Source: a virus
Reading direction: 5' to 3' (one strand)
Virus record (IMG/VR): IMGVR_UViG_3300025131_000006
DNA: 64,000 nt
Positions within the stretch are counted from its first letter, which is position 1. Every line of letters begins with the position of its first letter. Of the stretch, positions 1-9,684 are shown piece by piece. A model generated the notes under the pieces. It ran no database searches. It was given only the letters and a program-made list of their open reading frames with translations, and had not been told where the DNA came from. The position numbers were made by a program, and so were the translations under genes.

Positions 1-345
1 ATGGCACCGGAGGAGCATGTTCGGGCGTATGGGTTCGTGTCGATCGATTGGGACCACGTGGAGGCTTGCAAGGCGGTCGGGAACAAAGAGAGGAGGGTGC
101 CGAGAGAGTGGACGAAGCGGGAGGTGTCTTTGATCGAGTGGTTTCGGGCTGTTCGGTTAGAGGGAGTGTTGCCGACGAAGCCGTTCTGGTTGAATGCTTG
201 CAGTTGGCTATCAGAGCCGAGCAAGTATTACGAATGGATGGAGTCCAGGATACGCCGAGGCCCGATGTCCAAGAGGTTTGACAGATTGTTGGATAAGTTG
301 GAGGAGTTGCGTCGGGCAGCGAAGAGGATACGAGGAACAGGGTAG
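1..345 (+). CDS. Hypothetical protein (possibly truncated by window edge)
   Basis: ORF from position 1; no recognisable motif. Confidence 0.5.
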   Translation: MAPEEHVRAYGFVSIDWDHVEACKAVGNKERRVPREWTKREVSLIEWFRAVRLEGVLPTKPFWLNACSWLSEPSKYYEWMESRIRRGPMSKRFDRLLDKLEELRRAAKRIRGTG

Positions 346-360
346 ATATTTTGGGGGAGG

Positions 361-393
361 TGTCTCGTTTGGTTGTCGATGTGTATATATATA
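361..393 (+). promoter_or_regulatory. Putative phage promoter TGTC-N19-21-TATAT(A/G); also at 4819, 5128, 8399, 11070, 15295, 58974
   Basis: Same two boxes with 19-21 nt spacer recur in AT-rich intergenic gaps upstream of gene starts. Confidence 0.5.
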
Positions 394-446
394 TTGCGGA
401 AAAGATGGCAGCAACGCATACTTGATTGGGTAACAAAGAGGTAGTC

Positions 447-1373
447 ATGAGCTTTATAGACAAGCCGATTCAATGGGACATGTCGAAAGACGACGCGGCA
501 AAATCAATCCACGAGAGGTTCCGCAATCGTCAGTTTTGGTTGGAGGTTGTGTGTGAGACGCCCTTAGAAGGGGCGGACTACCCGAAGATGCTTGATGTTG
601 CCCGTGACAAGGCACGTCGAGTGGACGTGCCACGATCGTCGGATGAGTTTCTTGATGAGATTCGCACTTCTCGACCCCGTAAGCTCTGCGTGTTCAAGGG
701 TTTCAAGAAAGGCCCGTACACGTGGTGGGCGGCGATCGTGGAGTTCGGCGATCCGACGATTCGAAGAATGCTTCGTTCGCGAGTCGAAAAGTCCGAAGAC
801 GATTTGGTTCCGGGGGTTGAAGAGCGTCGGGTTTACGCACTCTTTAACGGTTGGACGTCAAGGCGTGGCACGGAGGCTGTCTTGGTGGATTACTCTGGTT
901 CGAGCGAGATTATGGGAAAAACCCATACGGTGACGGATGCCCGCGAGTTCATGCAGTACATGCTGGATGCTCGCGTGGGAGACCGCGTGACGGACGGTTA
1001 CGGACCATCTTTTGAGTTGGAAGACATTGATCTTGGCTCGTCGGAGTTGCCTCGCATCGAGGGATTGCCTCCGGTTGTTCCGAGAGAACGTAAGCCGACA
1101 GGACGCAAGTCTTGGGAAGAGGAGCATCGACCGTGGGAGGACGAAGAGGAAGACGATGACGACATGGAAGTCTTGTCTCGACGCCCCCGAACGGAGTCGA
1201 GATCCGATAGAGAAGAGAGCAGCGGGTTCGAAGAACACAAACGTCGAAAAGCGACGGAAGATTCGAAGGGATCGGATTTTTGGGGTCGCACCGAGCCAGA
1301 GGGTGCCCCTGATGCGGGAGTTACCGACCTGGAAAAAGCGGCTCGTAATCGCAGAAAGTCTTCGGATTGGTAA
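447..1373 (+). CDS. Hypothetical protein with acidic disordered tail and C-terminal RRKSSDW tag
   Basis: GAGGT RBS before ATG 447; ends LEKAARNRRKSSDW*. Confidence 0.8.
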   Translation: MSFIDKPIQWDMSKDDAAKSIHERFRNRQFWLEVVCETPLEGADYPKMLDVARDKARRVDVPRSSDEFLDEIRTSRPRKLCVFKGFKKGPYTWWAAIVEFGDPTIRRMLRSRVEKSEDDLVPGVEERRVYALFNGWTSRRGTEAVLVDYSGSSEIMGKTHTVTDAREFMQYMLDARVGDRVTDGYGPSFELEDIDLGSSELPRIEGLPPVVPRERKPTGRKSWEEEHRPWEDEEEDDDDMEVLSRRPRTESRSDREESSGFEEHKRRKATEDSKGSDFWGRTEPEGAPDAGVTDLEKAARNRRKSSDW

Positions 1374-1390
1374 GCTAGATACGGGAGGAT

Positions 1391-3529
1391 GTGTTGCGGG
1401 AACAGATGAGTCTGCCCCTTATGCCCCCAAAGGGACGTCAAGATGAAGCAGTGGTGGAGATTGGGGCTTTGCCCCGGCTCCCGCCTGCGGGTCGTAGTGA
1501 CTTGGAGTTGGTGGAGGAGGAGCCGAAGTCGTCTGTGCGGGTTCGGTTCCGGGGTGCGTACTTTTACGTCCATCCTGCGAGTCAGTTGAGCATAGAGGTT
1601 GAGCGTTCTATCTCTTTTCAACGCAAAGGATTCGAGAAGACTTTTACTTACCAAAAGGGTAAGTGGGATGGGTACACTTCGTTGTTCAAGCGTGTCCGAG
1701 GGGAGGACACCTTGGAGGTTCCGATTGGGATGTATCCGCAGTTTGCGGCGGGGTGCGATCTGCACGGCGTCAGCGTCGTGGTTGACAATAGTCGAATGCG
1801 TCCGATGTCTGTGGTGCCTCCGAACTTGGAGTGGTGGAGGCTCCAGGGGAAAGACGGGGAGATTGAGCTATACGATTATCAGTTGGACACGGTGGGGCAT
1901 ACGACCTACGATGAGGACGTGTATAAGCTCTCCCCGGAGAAAGCAGAAGAGTTGTCGAGTGGCCTTGGGTTGTTGACGCGATACAGGGTCAATGGTTGCG
2001 GTATTTGGCGATCGGCGACGGGATCAGGGAAGACGACAGCCGTGGCGGGATTGATCCAAAAGCTTGGTGTCCGCGTTGTTTTTGTGGTGTACGGTACAGA
2101 GTTAGTGGAACAAACGGCGGAGAGGTTTAAGCAGATGTTGGCTCCGTGGCTTGAGCGTCACGGGTTGGATGTGGAAGACGCGATCCGTGTGTGCAACAAG
2201 AAAAGCACGGAGTTTGGGCTCATTACAGTTGCGGGGTCGTCGCTCTTGGCGGCAGCACTCAATAGGCCGGAAGCTGTGAAGCGAGAGGCAGGTCGCTTGT
2301 CAAGTGCTGCGATGGATCTGCTTGATCCTGCATTGTTTCGATCGGATGAAGAAAAGGAGGCGATCGAGAAGATGCGGGACTTCGTCTCGAAGTGGTTTCG
2401 TGTGTGCAGGAAAGAGAGCTACGATAAGGCAATTCGGGACTTCGGGGATGATTGGAAGGGGTTGTCGGAAGACGTGTTAGATGAGCCATTCCGATTGGTG
2501 GGTGGTACGTTTTTGATGCGTCAGTCTTCTGGCGACCTTACAGAGGAGACGCAGACGGAGTTCTATGAGAGGTTGTCGAAGGTTTTTCTCTCGATGCACA
2601 CTCTCCCAAGGAGGGCGAAAAAAGCACTCTCTCGAAGAGATCAGGTTGCTTCGGGGCTACAGAGAGCAGGTTTGTTGATCGGCGACGAGGTCCACCTGGC
2701 AGGCGGCAAGGGTTATCACGAGGTGTTGATGGCTTGCCCGGCGTATTATCGCGTAGGGATGTCAGGAACGCCATTAGAGCGGACGGATGGCCAGAACATT
2801 AGGGTGATCGCTGGATTCGGCGAGATCTTGTCGCATGTTTCCAACAAGGACATGCAAGAGGCGGATGTTGTCCCGAACGTCAACATCAACTTTGTCTCGA
2901 CCAAAGGGGGTCCATCGATCAAATTGTCAAAGGGGTGGCTTTGGAATGACGTAGTGGATCTCGGAATATCTGGGTATTCATTGAGAAACGACATCATTTC
3001 GTTCTTGGTGCATCGTGCATACCTCGCGAACAAGCAGTCATTGGTGCTGTTCCGGTCTCGTGTTCATGGAGAGAACTTGTCCGTGTTTTTGGATGTATGG
3101 GGAGTTCCCCACACTAAGTTGGACGGTCGCTCACCAATGGAAGATCGTTTGGCGGCATTGGATAGGTTTCGTAGCGGTACGGAGTTGGCGTTGGTCGCGA
3201 GCGATATTTTTGGGACAGGTATCGACATCCCCGATGGTTTTGATCTTTTGATTAACGCAGGGGGTGGGAAGGGAAGATCGAAGGACGACGATCGCGGCGG
3301 GATAAAGATTTTGCAGCGATTGGGTAGAGGTTTGCGTGGAGATTCGGACCATACTTTGGAGTTTTGGGACTTCTACGACGACCATTTGTGGAGATTGGCT
3401 CAACATGGAGAGAGCCGATTCAAATTGTATGAAGAGCAAGATTGTTTTACGATGCAAGATGTTTCGTGGAGGGATTTGCTCCCTCCCGAAGTGATTGCTC
3501 GGTATGAACCAGAAGGGAGTTTGTTGTGA
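1391..3529 (+). CDS. Superfamily 2 DExH DNA helicase (UvsW-like)
   Basis: SATGSGKT (Walker A), DEVH, MSGTP (motif III), QRLGRGLR (motif VI). Confidence 0.9.
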   Translation: MLREQMSLPLMPPKGRQDEAVVEIGALPRLPPAGRSDLELVEEEPKSSVRVRFRGAYFYVHPASQLSIEVERSISFQRKGFEKTFTYQKGKWDGYTSLFKRVRGEDTLEVPIGMYPQFAAGCDLHGVSVVVDNSRMRPMSVVPPNLEWWRLQGKDGEIELYDYQLDTVGHTTYDEDVYKLSPEKAEELSSGLGLLTRYRVNGCGIWRSATGSGKTTAVAGLIQKLGVRVVFVVYGTELVEQTAERFKQMLAPWLERHGLDVEDAIRVCNKKSTEFGLITVAGSSLLAAALNRPEAVKREAGRLSSAAMDLLDPALFRSDEEKEAIEKMRDFVSKWFRVCRKESYDKAIRDFGDDWKGLSEDVLDEPFRLVGGTFLMRQSSGDLTEETQTEFYERLSKVFLSMHTLPRRAKKALSRRDQVASGLQRAGLLIGDEVHLAGGKGYHEVLMACPAYYRVGMSGTPLERTDGQNIRVIAGFGEILSHVSNKDMQEADVVPNVNINFVSTKGGPSIKLSKGWLWNDVVDLGISGYSLRNDIISFLVHRAYLANKQSLVLFRSRVHGENLSVFLDVWGVPHTKLDGRSPMEDRLAALDRFRSGTELALVASDIFGTGIDIPDGFDLLINAGGGKGRSKDDDRGGIKILQRLGRGLRGDSDHTLEFWDFYDDHLWRLAQHGESRFKLYEEQDCFTMQDVSWRDLLPPEVIARYEPEGSLL

Positions 3530-4053
3530 GCCAAAAAAATGGTGACGCGAAAGTTGTGTCTGTGGTTGAAGAGCCGATGCGAGATCCGATAGTTTATGTC
3601 GAGGGGGTGGGGTCTGTTCCTCCTGAGATTGCCAAGCAATTGGTGTATGCGTGGAGGGCATTGTTGATGTCTTTGCGGGCCGAGGGGAAGTTCGAGGGAG
3701 ATGTTCCGCGAGCCTTTACAGCTAAGATGTCACCGAATGGATCGGTGTCCTTGGAGCCGTTTCATATGCCCACAGGGGTGGTGATAGGTGGCGAGGAGGT
3801 GAGCTTGGACGGTCCATTGGAGCATATGTTCCGACCGGCACCTCGTCTAGACGCTTCCTTGGCTCCGACTCTCCCTCGCAATGGATTGGGGTCTTCGCCG
3901 ACGCACTTGGACATGGAGATGGAGTCTCGTAGGTCGGCTCGACGTCGTCGTGCTGTTGGTGGTGCTGAGTTGGTGGGCTCCAAGGTTCCCGATGCTTCGG
4001 GTCAACATCGTGCGTTGGTCTCTGATGGTGGAGAGGTAGAGGTTGTCTCATGA
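3526..4053 (+). CDS. Hypothetical protein
   Basis: GTGA/ATGA overlaps with both neighbours. Confidence 0.65.
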   Translation: MSQKNGDAKVVSVVEEPMRDPIVYVEGVGSVPPEIAKQLVYAWRALLMSLRAEGKFEGDVPRAFTAKMSPNGSVSLEPFHMPTGVVIGGEEVSLDGPLEHMFRPAPRLDASLAPTLPRNGLGSSPTHLDMEMESRRSARRRRAVGGAELVGSKVPDASGQHRALVSDGGEVEVVS

Positions 4054-4769
4054 GCGGGGTGAGAGACTTGTTCAAGGTGGCTTTGCCTGTGAAGCTCGCC
4101 AGGAAAGAGATCAAGAGAGAGGTTAGAGGTCTCAATTTGGGACGTGGCCGCAGGAAGAAGGAGAAGAGAGCCACCAGGACGGAGATGATTCGCAGGACAC
4201 ACGAGGGTCGTATTCTGGTGCCAGATCGTCGAGATCGAGAGGCACGGATGGAGGCGGCTCGTGTAGCCCAAGCTTTCGCAGAGAAGCACGCCAGGTACTT
4301 CGGCAGTCGCCAATGCGATTGGCAGAGGATGATGGAGAATCCCGGTGCGGTGGGGTGCTTCTCTCGTGCTGCCGCATATGCGTCCGAGTTGACTTGTTCG
4401 GCTTCGGATTTTGTGGAGGCACAGTTTTGGTATTTTGATAAATACGTGGGCCAGGTTCCCGACATAAAGAATTTGGCGGCACCAGATGCTGTCTCCCGGT
4501 ATAGTATTTGGAAGGAGTCTAGAGAGTCGGGTGAGGCGCCGGATGCGACGGTTTATCCGGCAGTGGGAGGGAGGGTCGCAAAATTAACAGATGACGAAAT
4601 GCGGGGCTATGAGGAGTCTTCCTTGCGTCGAATGGTCTCTCGATGGGGTTCGGAAGATAAAGTGTGGGAGTTGTTTGGACAGGAGGACGATGTTTTCTCT
4701 TTGGCTTTTCGGGAGAGCCGGGGGTCTTGGCAGCGTATGTACGGAACAGGAGACCTTGAAAAAGTTTAG
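4050..4769 (+). CDS. Hypothetical protein (replication block)
   Basis: Translationally coupled ORF; its stop lies inside the dispersed palindrome. Confidence 0.7.
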   Translation: MSGVRDLFKVALPVKLARKEIKREVRGLNLGRGRRKKEKRATRTEMIRRTHEGRILVPDRRDREARMEAARVAQAFAEKHARYFGSRQCDWQRMMENPGAVGCFSRAAAYASELTCSASDFVEAQFWYFDKYVGQVPDIKNLAAPDAVSRYSIWKESRESGEAPDATVYPAVGGRVAKLTDDEMRGYEESSLRRMVSRWGSEDKVWELFGQEDDVFSLAFRESRGSWQRMYGTGDLEKV

Positions 4770-4778
4770 TCACTGAAC
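4764..4778. repeat. Dispersed palindrome copy 1 (GTTTAGTCACTGAAC)
   Basis: Matches RTTYAGYNRCTRAAY; contains the TAG stop of 4050..4769. Confidence 0.9.
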
Positions 4779-4888
4779 GCACAGGTGCTTCTCTTGCTGT
4801 GCTCTTGTGTTCTTCACATGTCGCTATATCCGTATTTTATTGTATATATAGAGCGACAGTACAACGTTCGAGAGTAGAGGTTGAGATC

Positions 4889-5119
4889 ATGATTAAAGTA
4901 TCGACATTGGCAATCAAAGGACACCAGGCATTGGTGATGACCCCGACAGGAAGATTGATTGTTTTGAAGTTCGACAAGCCCCTGCCGGATGGGTATGAAG
5001 TCAAGATGTTGGATGAGGAGCCTCCGGAGGCTGACGTGTGGCACGGAGGGGAAGACTTGGTTGTGCCTGTTTTTCCTGCATTTGAAGCGTCTGATATGCC
5101 GGACATGCCGAGCGTTTAA
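4889..5119 (+). CDS. Small hypothetical protein
   Basis: GAGGT RBS, downstream of a TATATA promoter box. Confidence 0.65.
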   Translation: MIKVSTLAIKGHQALVMTPTGRLIVLKFDKPLPDGYEVKMLDEEPPEADVWHGGEDLVVPVFPAFEASDMPDMPSV

Positions 5120-5221
5120 TAAAAAAATGTCGAGGTGTTGTCATCTGTGGGTATATGACAATAGGTCACATAGAAGATCGGATCATATGCACCACACGAT
5201 TCGCTGTGCGCGATAGGAGGG

Positions 5222-6607
5222 TTGATGGTAACACCGGGAGTTGCGGGTCCAGAGGCGTTTGAGAAATTTGCCTTTGGCGACGGTATGCAGAAAGACGTGC
5301 TGCGATTGATGGCACGAGAGCAGTTGTTTTCGGAGGCTTCGGTTCATTGGATTGAGCCGAAGTACTTCGGGACAGGGGCACAGAGATGGATGGCCAAGGC
5401 CCAAATCCGTTTCTTTGAAAGATACATGATGCCGCCAACAAAGAGCGAAGTGTTGGAGGTTTTGCGCAAGTCACAGGTGTTGGGCGAGGTAACCGATGTC
5501 TTGGTTTCGGACATCTCTCGCTTGACGGGGGAGATATACGACGAGCCGTTGTCGGGGTCTCGCGAGTTTACATTGGACTCCGTCAGGGGGTTTGCTCGCA
5601 AAAGAGCGTGGCAGTCGGCCATATTGGAGGCTCTGCCTTATTTGGAGATGGGAGATGCCGATCGGGTTGATCTGATCATGGAGCGAGCCAAGTCGTCCGT
5701 GTATGATTTGGAAGCGGGCGGGTATTGGCTGTTCGAGACTGTAGAGGAGAGAGCCCGGCGAAGGGCAATGGACGAGGAGACCGGGGGGGATGTGTTTCCT
5801 TTGGGGATACCTCCGCTAGACCTGGCTTTACGCCGGGGCGGCATTGGTCCTGGGGAAGTCGTTATGTGGATCGCGGAGAAAGGGGGCGGGAAATCAATTG
5901 CCTTGTGCCATACGGCTCGACACGCTGTCTTCTCCCATGGTCGCGTCGCGATATTTTCGTTCGAGATGGCCGAGGAGCAGATCGCAGATCGCTTGGATGC
6001 GGGATTCGGTGGCGTCAGCATGTGGAGTATGGTCGCCGAGCAAGAGAAAATGATGGAGAACTTGCGGTTTTTAACAGGCAGGTTCCCGCGCAGCGTCTTT
6101 ATTCGCCGTTACCCCACCAAGGGAGCAACCATATCGGACATAAAAAGATGCTTGGACTCTCTGCGGAGGCAGCACAGTTGGACGCCTCACGTTATCGTTT
6201 TGGACTATTCTTCGATCGTCCGTCCTTCTCGATCGCGAGAGAGAAAGAACGAGGAGCTTCAGGAAGTCGTCGAGGATTTTCGTGGATTGTGTGTTGAGGT
6301 GGGTGCTGCGGGCTACACAGCAGCGCAACTGAATCGGATGGGAGCAGCACGTCGTGTCGCAGATGGAACGCATGCAGCGGGTTCTTGGGACCAACTTGCT
6401 ACGGTCGATTACTCATATATTATCAATCAAACATTGGAGGAGCGGGAGCGAAACATGATTCGTATCTTGATAGAGAAAGCTCGCGATGGCCTCTCCAAGT
6501 TAGAGATTGGGCCTCTGGAGACTGAATGGGCCAAGATGAGATTTATCGCTCCCATCCACGCACCTCCGTGGGAGATCCGTGAAAAGTACGGCATTTACTT
6601 CAAGTAG
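5222..6607 (+). CDS. dnaB: DnaB-like replicative helicase
   Basis: AEKGGGKS Walker A, FSFEM, VLDY Walker B, AAQLNR motif. Confidence 0.9.
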   Translation: MMVTPGVAGPEAFEKFAFGDGMQKDVLRLMAREQLFSEASVHWIEPKYFGTGAQRWMAKAQIRFFERYMMPPTKSEVLEVLRKSQVLGEVTDVLVSDISRLTGEIYDEPLSGSREFTLDSVRGFARKRAWQSAILEALPYLEMGDADRVDLIMERAKSSVYDLEAGGYWLFETVEERARRRAMDEETGGDVFPLGIPPLDLALRRGGIGPGEVVMWIAEKGGGKSIALCHTARHAVFSHGRVAIFSFEMAEEQIADRLDAGFGGVSMWSMVAEQEKMMENLRFLTGRFPRSVFIRRYPTKGATISDIKRCLDSLRRQHSWTPHVIVLDYSSIVRPSRSRERKNEELQEVVEDFRGLCVEVGAAGYTAAQLNRMGAARRVADGTHAAGSWDQLATVDYSYIINQTLEERERNMIRILIEKARDGLSKLEIGPLETEWAKMRFIAPIHAPPWEIREKYGIYFK

Positions 6608-6622
6608 AGGCAGGCGACGAAC

Positions 6623-7765
6623 ATGTCTGATATTGGGAGTCTTCGGTTCGAAGATCACGAGATAGAAAGAGTTCGCCATGCTGCGAATGTGGTGGAGCTT
6701 GTGGGGTCTGTGGTTAAGTTGACTCGTGCGGGGTCTTCTTTCAAGGGTTGCTGTCCTTTCCACCAGGAGAAGACCCCATCGTTTTTTGTTGAACCCGAAA
6801 AGAAGGTGTATTACTGCTTTGGTTGCGGTGCGAGAGGAGATGCTATCACGTTCATGCAGGAGATGTTCTCCCTGTCTTTTGCGGATGCTATTCGCGAGCT
6901 TGCTCACCGGCACAGCATCTCTTTGGGGGATGGTGCGTTTAGGGACTTTACTGCCAAGGTGATGCGGGCTCTTCACCCACCAGCTACGACGTGGGCAGTG
7001 CCAGGCCGAAGTGATTGCCGAGATGAGGGGGTTCGGGTTGAATCTATCGCCAAGGTTATGTCGCACCACAGGATTGACGCTCCCGCAGGGATGGCTCGTT
7101 TGGGTCATCCGATGATTTGCGAGATCAACGATTACGTGGAGGGTCGCGGTTTTTCGGTGGAGGATTTGGCCACCAAGGGGTATGGCGGTTTTGTTTTTGG
7201 TCCGCACGGCGGGAGGCTTTTTATCCCGTGTGTGATGGACGGTGACTTGGTTTTCTGGCAGACACGTTCGATTGTCGATCGCCAGGATATGTACGGAAGG
7301 GTTCCACCAAAGTACCTGAGTGCGCCGGATGTGACGTCGGGGATATGTATCTATAATTTGGATGTGGCCAAGAAGTTTCCGCTTGTTCATGTGGTGGAGG
7401 GTGCGTTTGACGCGGAGACTGTAGGGGATGACGCCATATCGATGTTTGGGTGTCGAGTCACGGCGGCACAGGCTCGCGTATTGGCTTTGCGAGGGTTTCG
7501 AGAGTTAAACTTGTGCTTTGACCCCGATGCTTGGAAAAAAGAACACAAGGGCAGTATCGACCGGGAGCCTCCTGTGTTGGCGGCAGGTCGGGCTATTTTG
7601 GAAGAGGGTATGGCCTTGCGTGTTTCTATCTTGGAAGGGAGAGACCCCAACGAGATGGGGAGAGATGCAGTGCGAGAGGTATTGGGACGTTCTAAGTCTG
7701 TTGCAGATGTGGTATTTTTAGAGAGTCTTGTTGCGCGTGTCGGGGGTATGTTGTCTTCGTCTTAG
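6623..7765 (+). CDS. dnaG: DNA primase (CHC2 zinc finger + TOPRIM)
   Basis: CPFHQEKTPSF...CFGC zinc finger; VVEGAFD and CFDPD TOPRIM motifs. Confidence 0.92.
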   Translation: MSDIGSLRFEDHEIERVRHAANVVELVGSVVKLTRAGSSFKGCCPFHQEKTPSFFVEPEKKVYYCFGCGARGDAITFMQEMFSLSFADAIRELAHRHSISLGDGAFRDFTAKVMRALHPPATTWAVPGRSDCRDEGVRVESIAKVMSHHRIDAPAGMARLGHPMICEINDYVEGRGFSVEDLATKGYGGFVFGPHGGRLFIPCVMDGDLVFWQTRSIVDRQDMYGRVPPKYLSAPDVTSGICIYNLDVAKKFPLVHVVEGAFDAETVGDDAISMFGCRVTAAQARVLALRGFRELNLCFDPDAWKKEHKGSIDREPPVLAAGRAILEEGMALRVSILEGRDPNEMGRDAVREVLGRSKSVADVVFLESLVARVGGMLSSS

Positions 7766-7784
7766 TTTTTCAAGGGAGAGTCGC

Positions 7785-8294
7785 ATGAGTAATTTGTCTG
7801 TTTGTCCGTTCTGTGGGGGCAGTGCAACCAGCTTGCCGGGTCGGGGGGGTGGACGGTCTCATGCTTTGCGAGATTTGTTGTCAGACATCGGACAGACGTG
7901 TTTTTGTAAAGTCCCTGGGGGGCAGTTGGAGCAGATGCTCCAAGAGCACGAAAAGAAATGGGAGGCGTTGGTTAAGCAGTACTTCCCGGATTGCATGTCG
8001 ATGGAGGATGTGATGTCCGAGCTTCGAGGGATGGATCGTTCGGATGTGCTGTATGTGACGATGGTAAAGAGGTTTGATTATCTTCGGCTTATGAGGGACG
8101 CATTGAAGCGGAAGATAAAGGAGAGGGAGAAGATGGCTTCTGATCTCGATCGGGACAATGAGGGTGTTCGAACTGTCTTCCGCGATTTTTCGTCAGAGGA
8201 AGCCAAGCAGCAAACTATTTCGGTGCCGCGCAGGATGCCAAAGGTCGAGGGGGGGTCTCTCCGCGATTGGATGAGAGACGCCGAAGACAACTAG
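7785..8294 (+). CDS. Hypothetical protein with N-terminal CxxC
   Basis: GGAG RBS; CPFC motif; coiled coil. Confidence 0.65.
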   Translation: MSNLSVCPFCGGSATSLPGRGGGRSHALRDLLSDIGQTCFCKVPGGQLEQMLQEHEKKWEALVKQYFPDCMSMEDVMSELRGMDRSDVLYVTMVKRFDYLRLMRDALKRKIKEREKMASDLDRDNEGVRTVFRDFSSEEAKQQTISVPRRMPKVEGGSLRDWMRDAEDN

Positions 8295-8296
8295 AA

Positions 8297-8311
8297 GTTC
8301 AGTGACTGAAC
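8297..8311. repeat. Dispersed palindrome copy 2 (GTTCAGTGACTGAAC)
   Basis: Just after the stop of 7785..8294. Confidence 0.9.
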
Positions 8312-8454
8312 TTTTTTCAGATTTGCACCGCAAAATAGAACGGGAAGAAAGACATTACAGGGCGAAGTGCGAGAAAATGGGATGAATCGAAAATTCCATG
8401 TCGTGTTTCGTCACGATTTAGCTATATGTTTTTTAGAAGAAACAGGGTGCCAAG

Positions 8455-9060
8455 ATGCCAAGAACAAAGACGCCGCACCTCGAAAGTCACATTTACGGTG
8501 TTCAAAAGATGGGAGCCAGGGAAGGTATGGATATTGAACGCATGAGAGTTCTGGGGTATTCGGTTCATCCCGGTGCCATTATGCAGCTTCACAACAAAGG
8601 AAAGCCGTGGAGGATTTACTTGACTTGCACGACGGGTGGGTCAAATAAGTTTTGGGAGGCGTGGTGGGAGGGAGTCGGGTTTACGCCGAAGAGTCGGTAT
8701 GGAGCCATCGGAACGAATGGTCGGACTTCGGAAAGAGCGGCTCTTTGGTGTGCCCGAAAGGCTCAAGAGAAAGCAACGAGTGTACGGTCACAGTACGTGA
8801 GACCGGAAGGAAGCCTCTCTTCTAGGGGTGCTATCAAGTGGCTAGAAGACCATTTGGACCCGTTAGGTGCGATGAGGTTATCCACGCCGGGATCGACAAC
8901 TCCGGAAGCCCCTCCAACGGAGACCGATACGACCGCTGAGACTAAGACCGCACCGCGACGAAAGACTCGGCGTAAAAAATCCCCTCGCCCCAAGGTGAAG
9001 TCAAAGCCTAAGAGCTTGTCTGAAATCGCCCAAGCGAGAAGAAAAAGCAGCGATTGGTAG
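8455..9060 (+). CDS. WGR-domain-like protein with C-terminal RRKSSDW tag
   Basis: YLTCTTGGSNKFWEA...RYGAIGTNG matches the WGR pattern; basic linker; ends LSEIAQARRKSSDW*. Confidence 0.7.
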   Translation: MPRTKTPHLESHIYGVQKMGAREGMDIERMRVLGYSVHPGAIMQLHNKGKPWRIYLTCTTGGSNKFWEAWWEGVGFTPKSRYGAIGTNGRTSERAALWCARKAQEKATSVRSQYVRPEGSLSSRGAIKWLEDHLDPLGAMRLSTPGSTTPEAPPTETDTTAETKTAPRRKTRRKKSPRPKVKSKPKSLSEIAQARRKSSDW

Positions 9061-9061
9061 A

Positions 9062-9592
9062 ATGTTTACAAAAAGCCCACAATGTCTGGACTCCTTTGAA
9101 GATGCATTGGAGTCAATGCGGAATTATAGAGCGTGGCGGGTGCGTCTTGAGAAAGATGGTCTTGTTATTGAGTTTTGGGCGTACCCTTCGGCCTTTAATA
9201 ATGTGTATCTTCGGAAGTGCGAAGTGTTGGAACTCAGGGACTGTAGAGAGTGTACCTCTGTTACCCTGAATTATATGTTGGATCGCGTTCCGGGGTACTT
9301 GGATGCAGGGTTCCTCATCTGTAGATCTCCAGGAGTTTTGGAAGCTCCATCGAATGCGGACTTCTCGTGGTCGGAGTCGGTGATGATTCCGACAAAATAC
9401 AGAGGGCATCCTCCTGTGGCCCCTTTTCCTTCGGCTATCAGGAGACCGAGAGTGCCATCGAGTAAAGCCTCTTATCGAAGTAAGAGGGCTCCTCGGAAAA
9501 AGAAGAAAGTGGATAATAGTAGCCAGATCACCATTGAAGAGCATGGATTGGCAAGTATCGCTGCCAAGCGGAAAAAGAATAGCGATTGGTAG
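9062..9592 (+). CDS. Hypothetical protein with C-terminal RKKNSDW tag
   Basis: Coupled ORF; ends LASIAAKRKKNSDW*. Confidence 0.75.
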   Translation: MFTKSPQCLDSFEDALESMRNYRAWRVRLEKDGLVIEFWAYPSAFNNVYLRKCEVLELRDCRECTSVTLNYMLDRVPGYLDAGFLICRSPGVLEAPSNADFSWSESVMIPTKYRGHPPVAPFPSAIRRPRVPSSKASYRSKRAPRKKKKVDNSSQITIEEHGLASIAAKRKKNSDW

Positions 9593-9684
9593 AAAAGCGA
9601 AAAAAGATAGTCTGGATAGGACGCCTAGCAATTTATATATAAGGCGTCACTACAGACAACAACCAAACATCCAGGAGTCAAGAG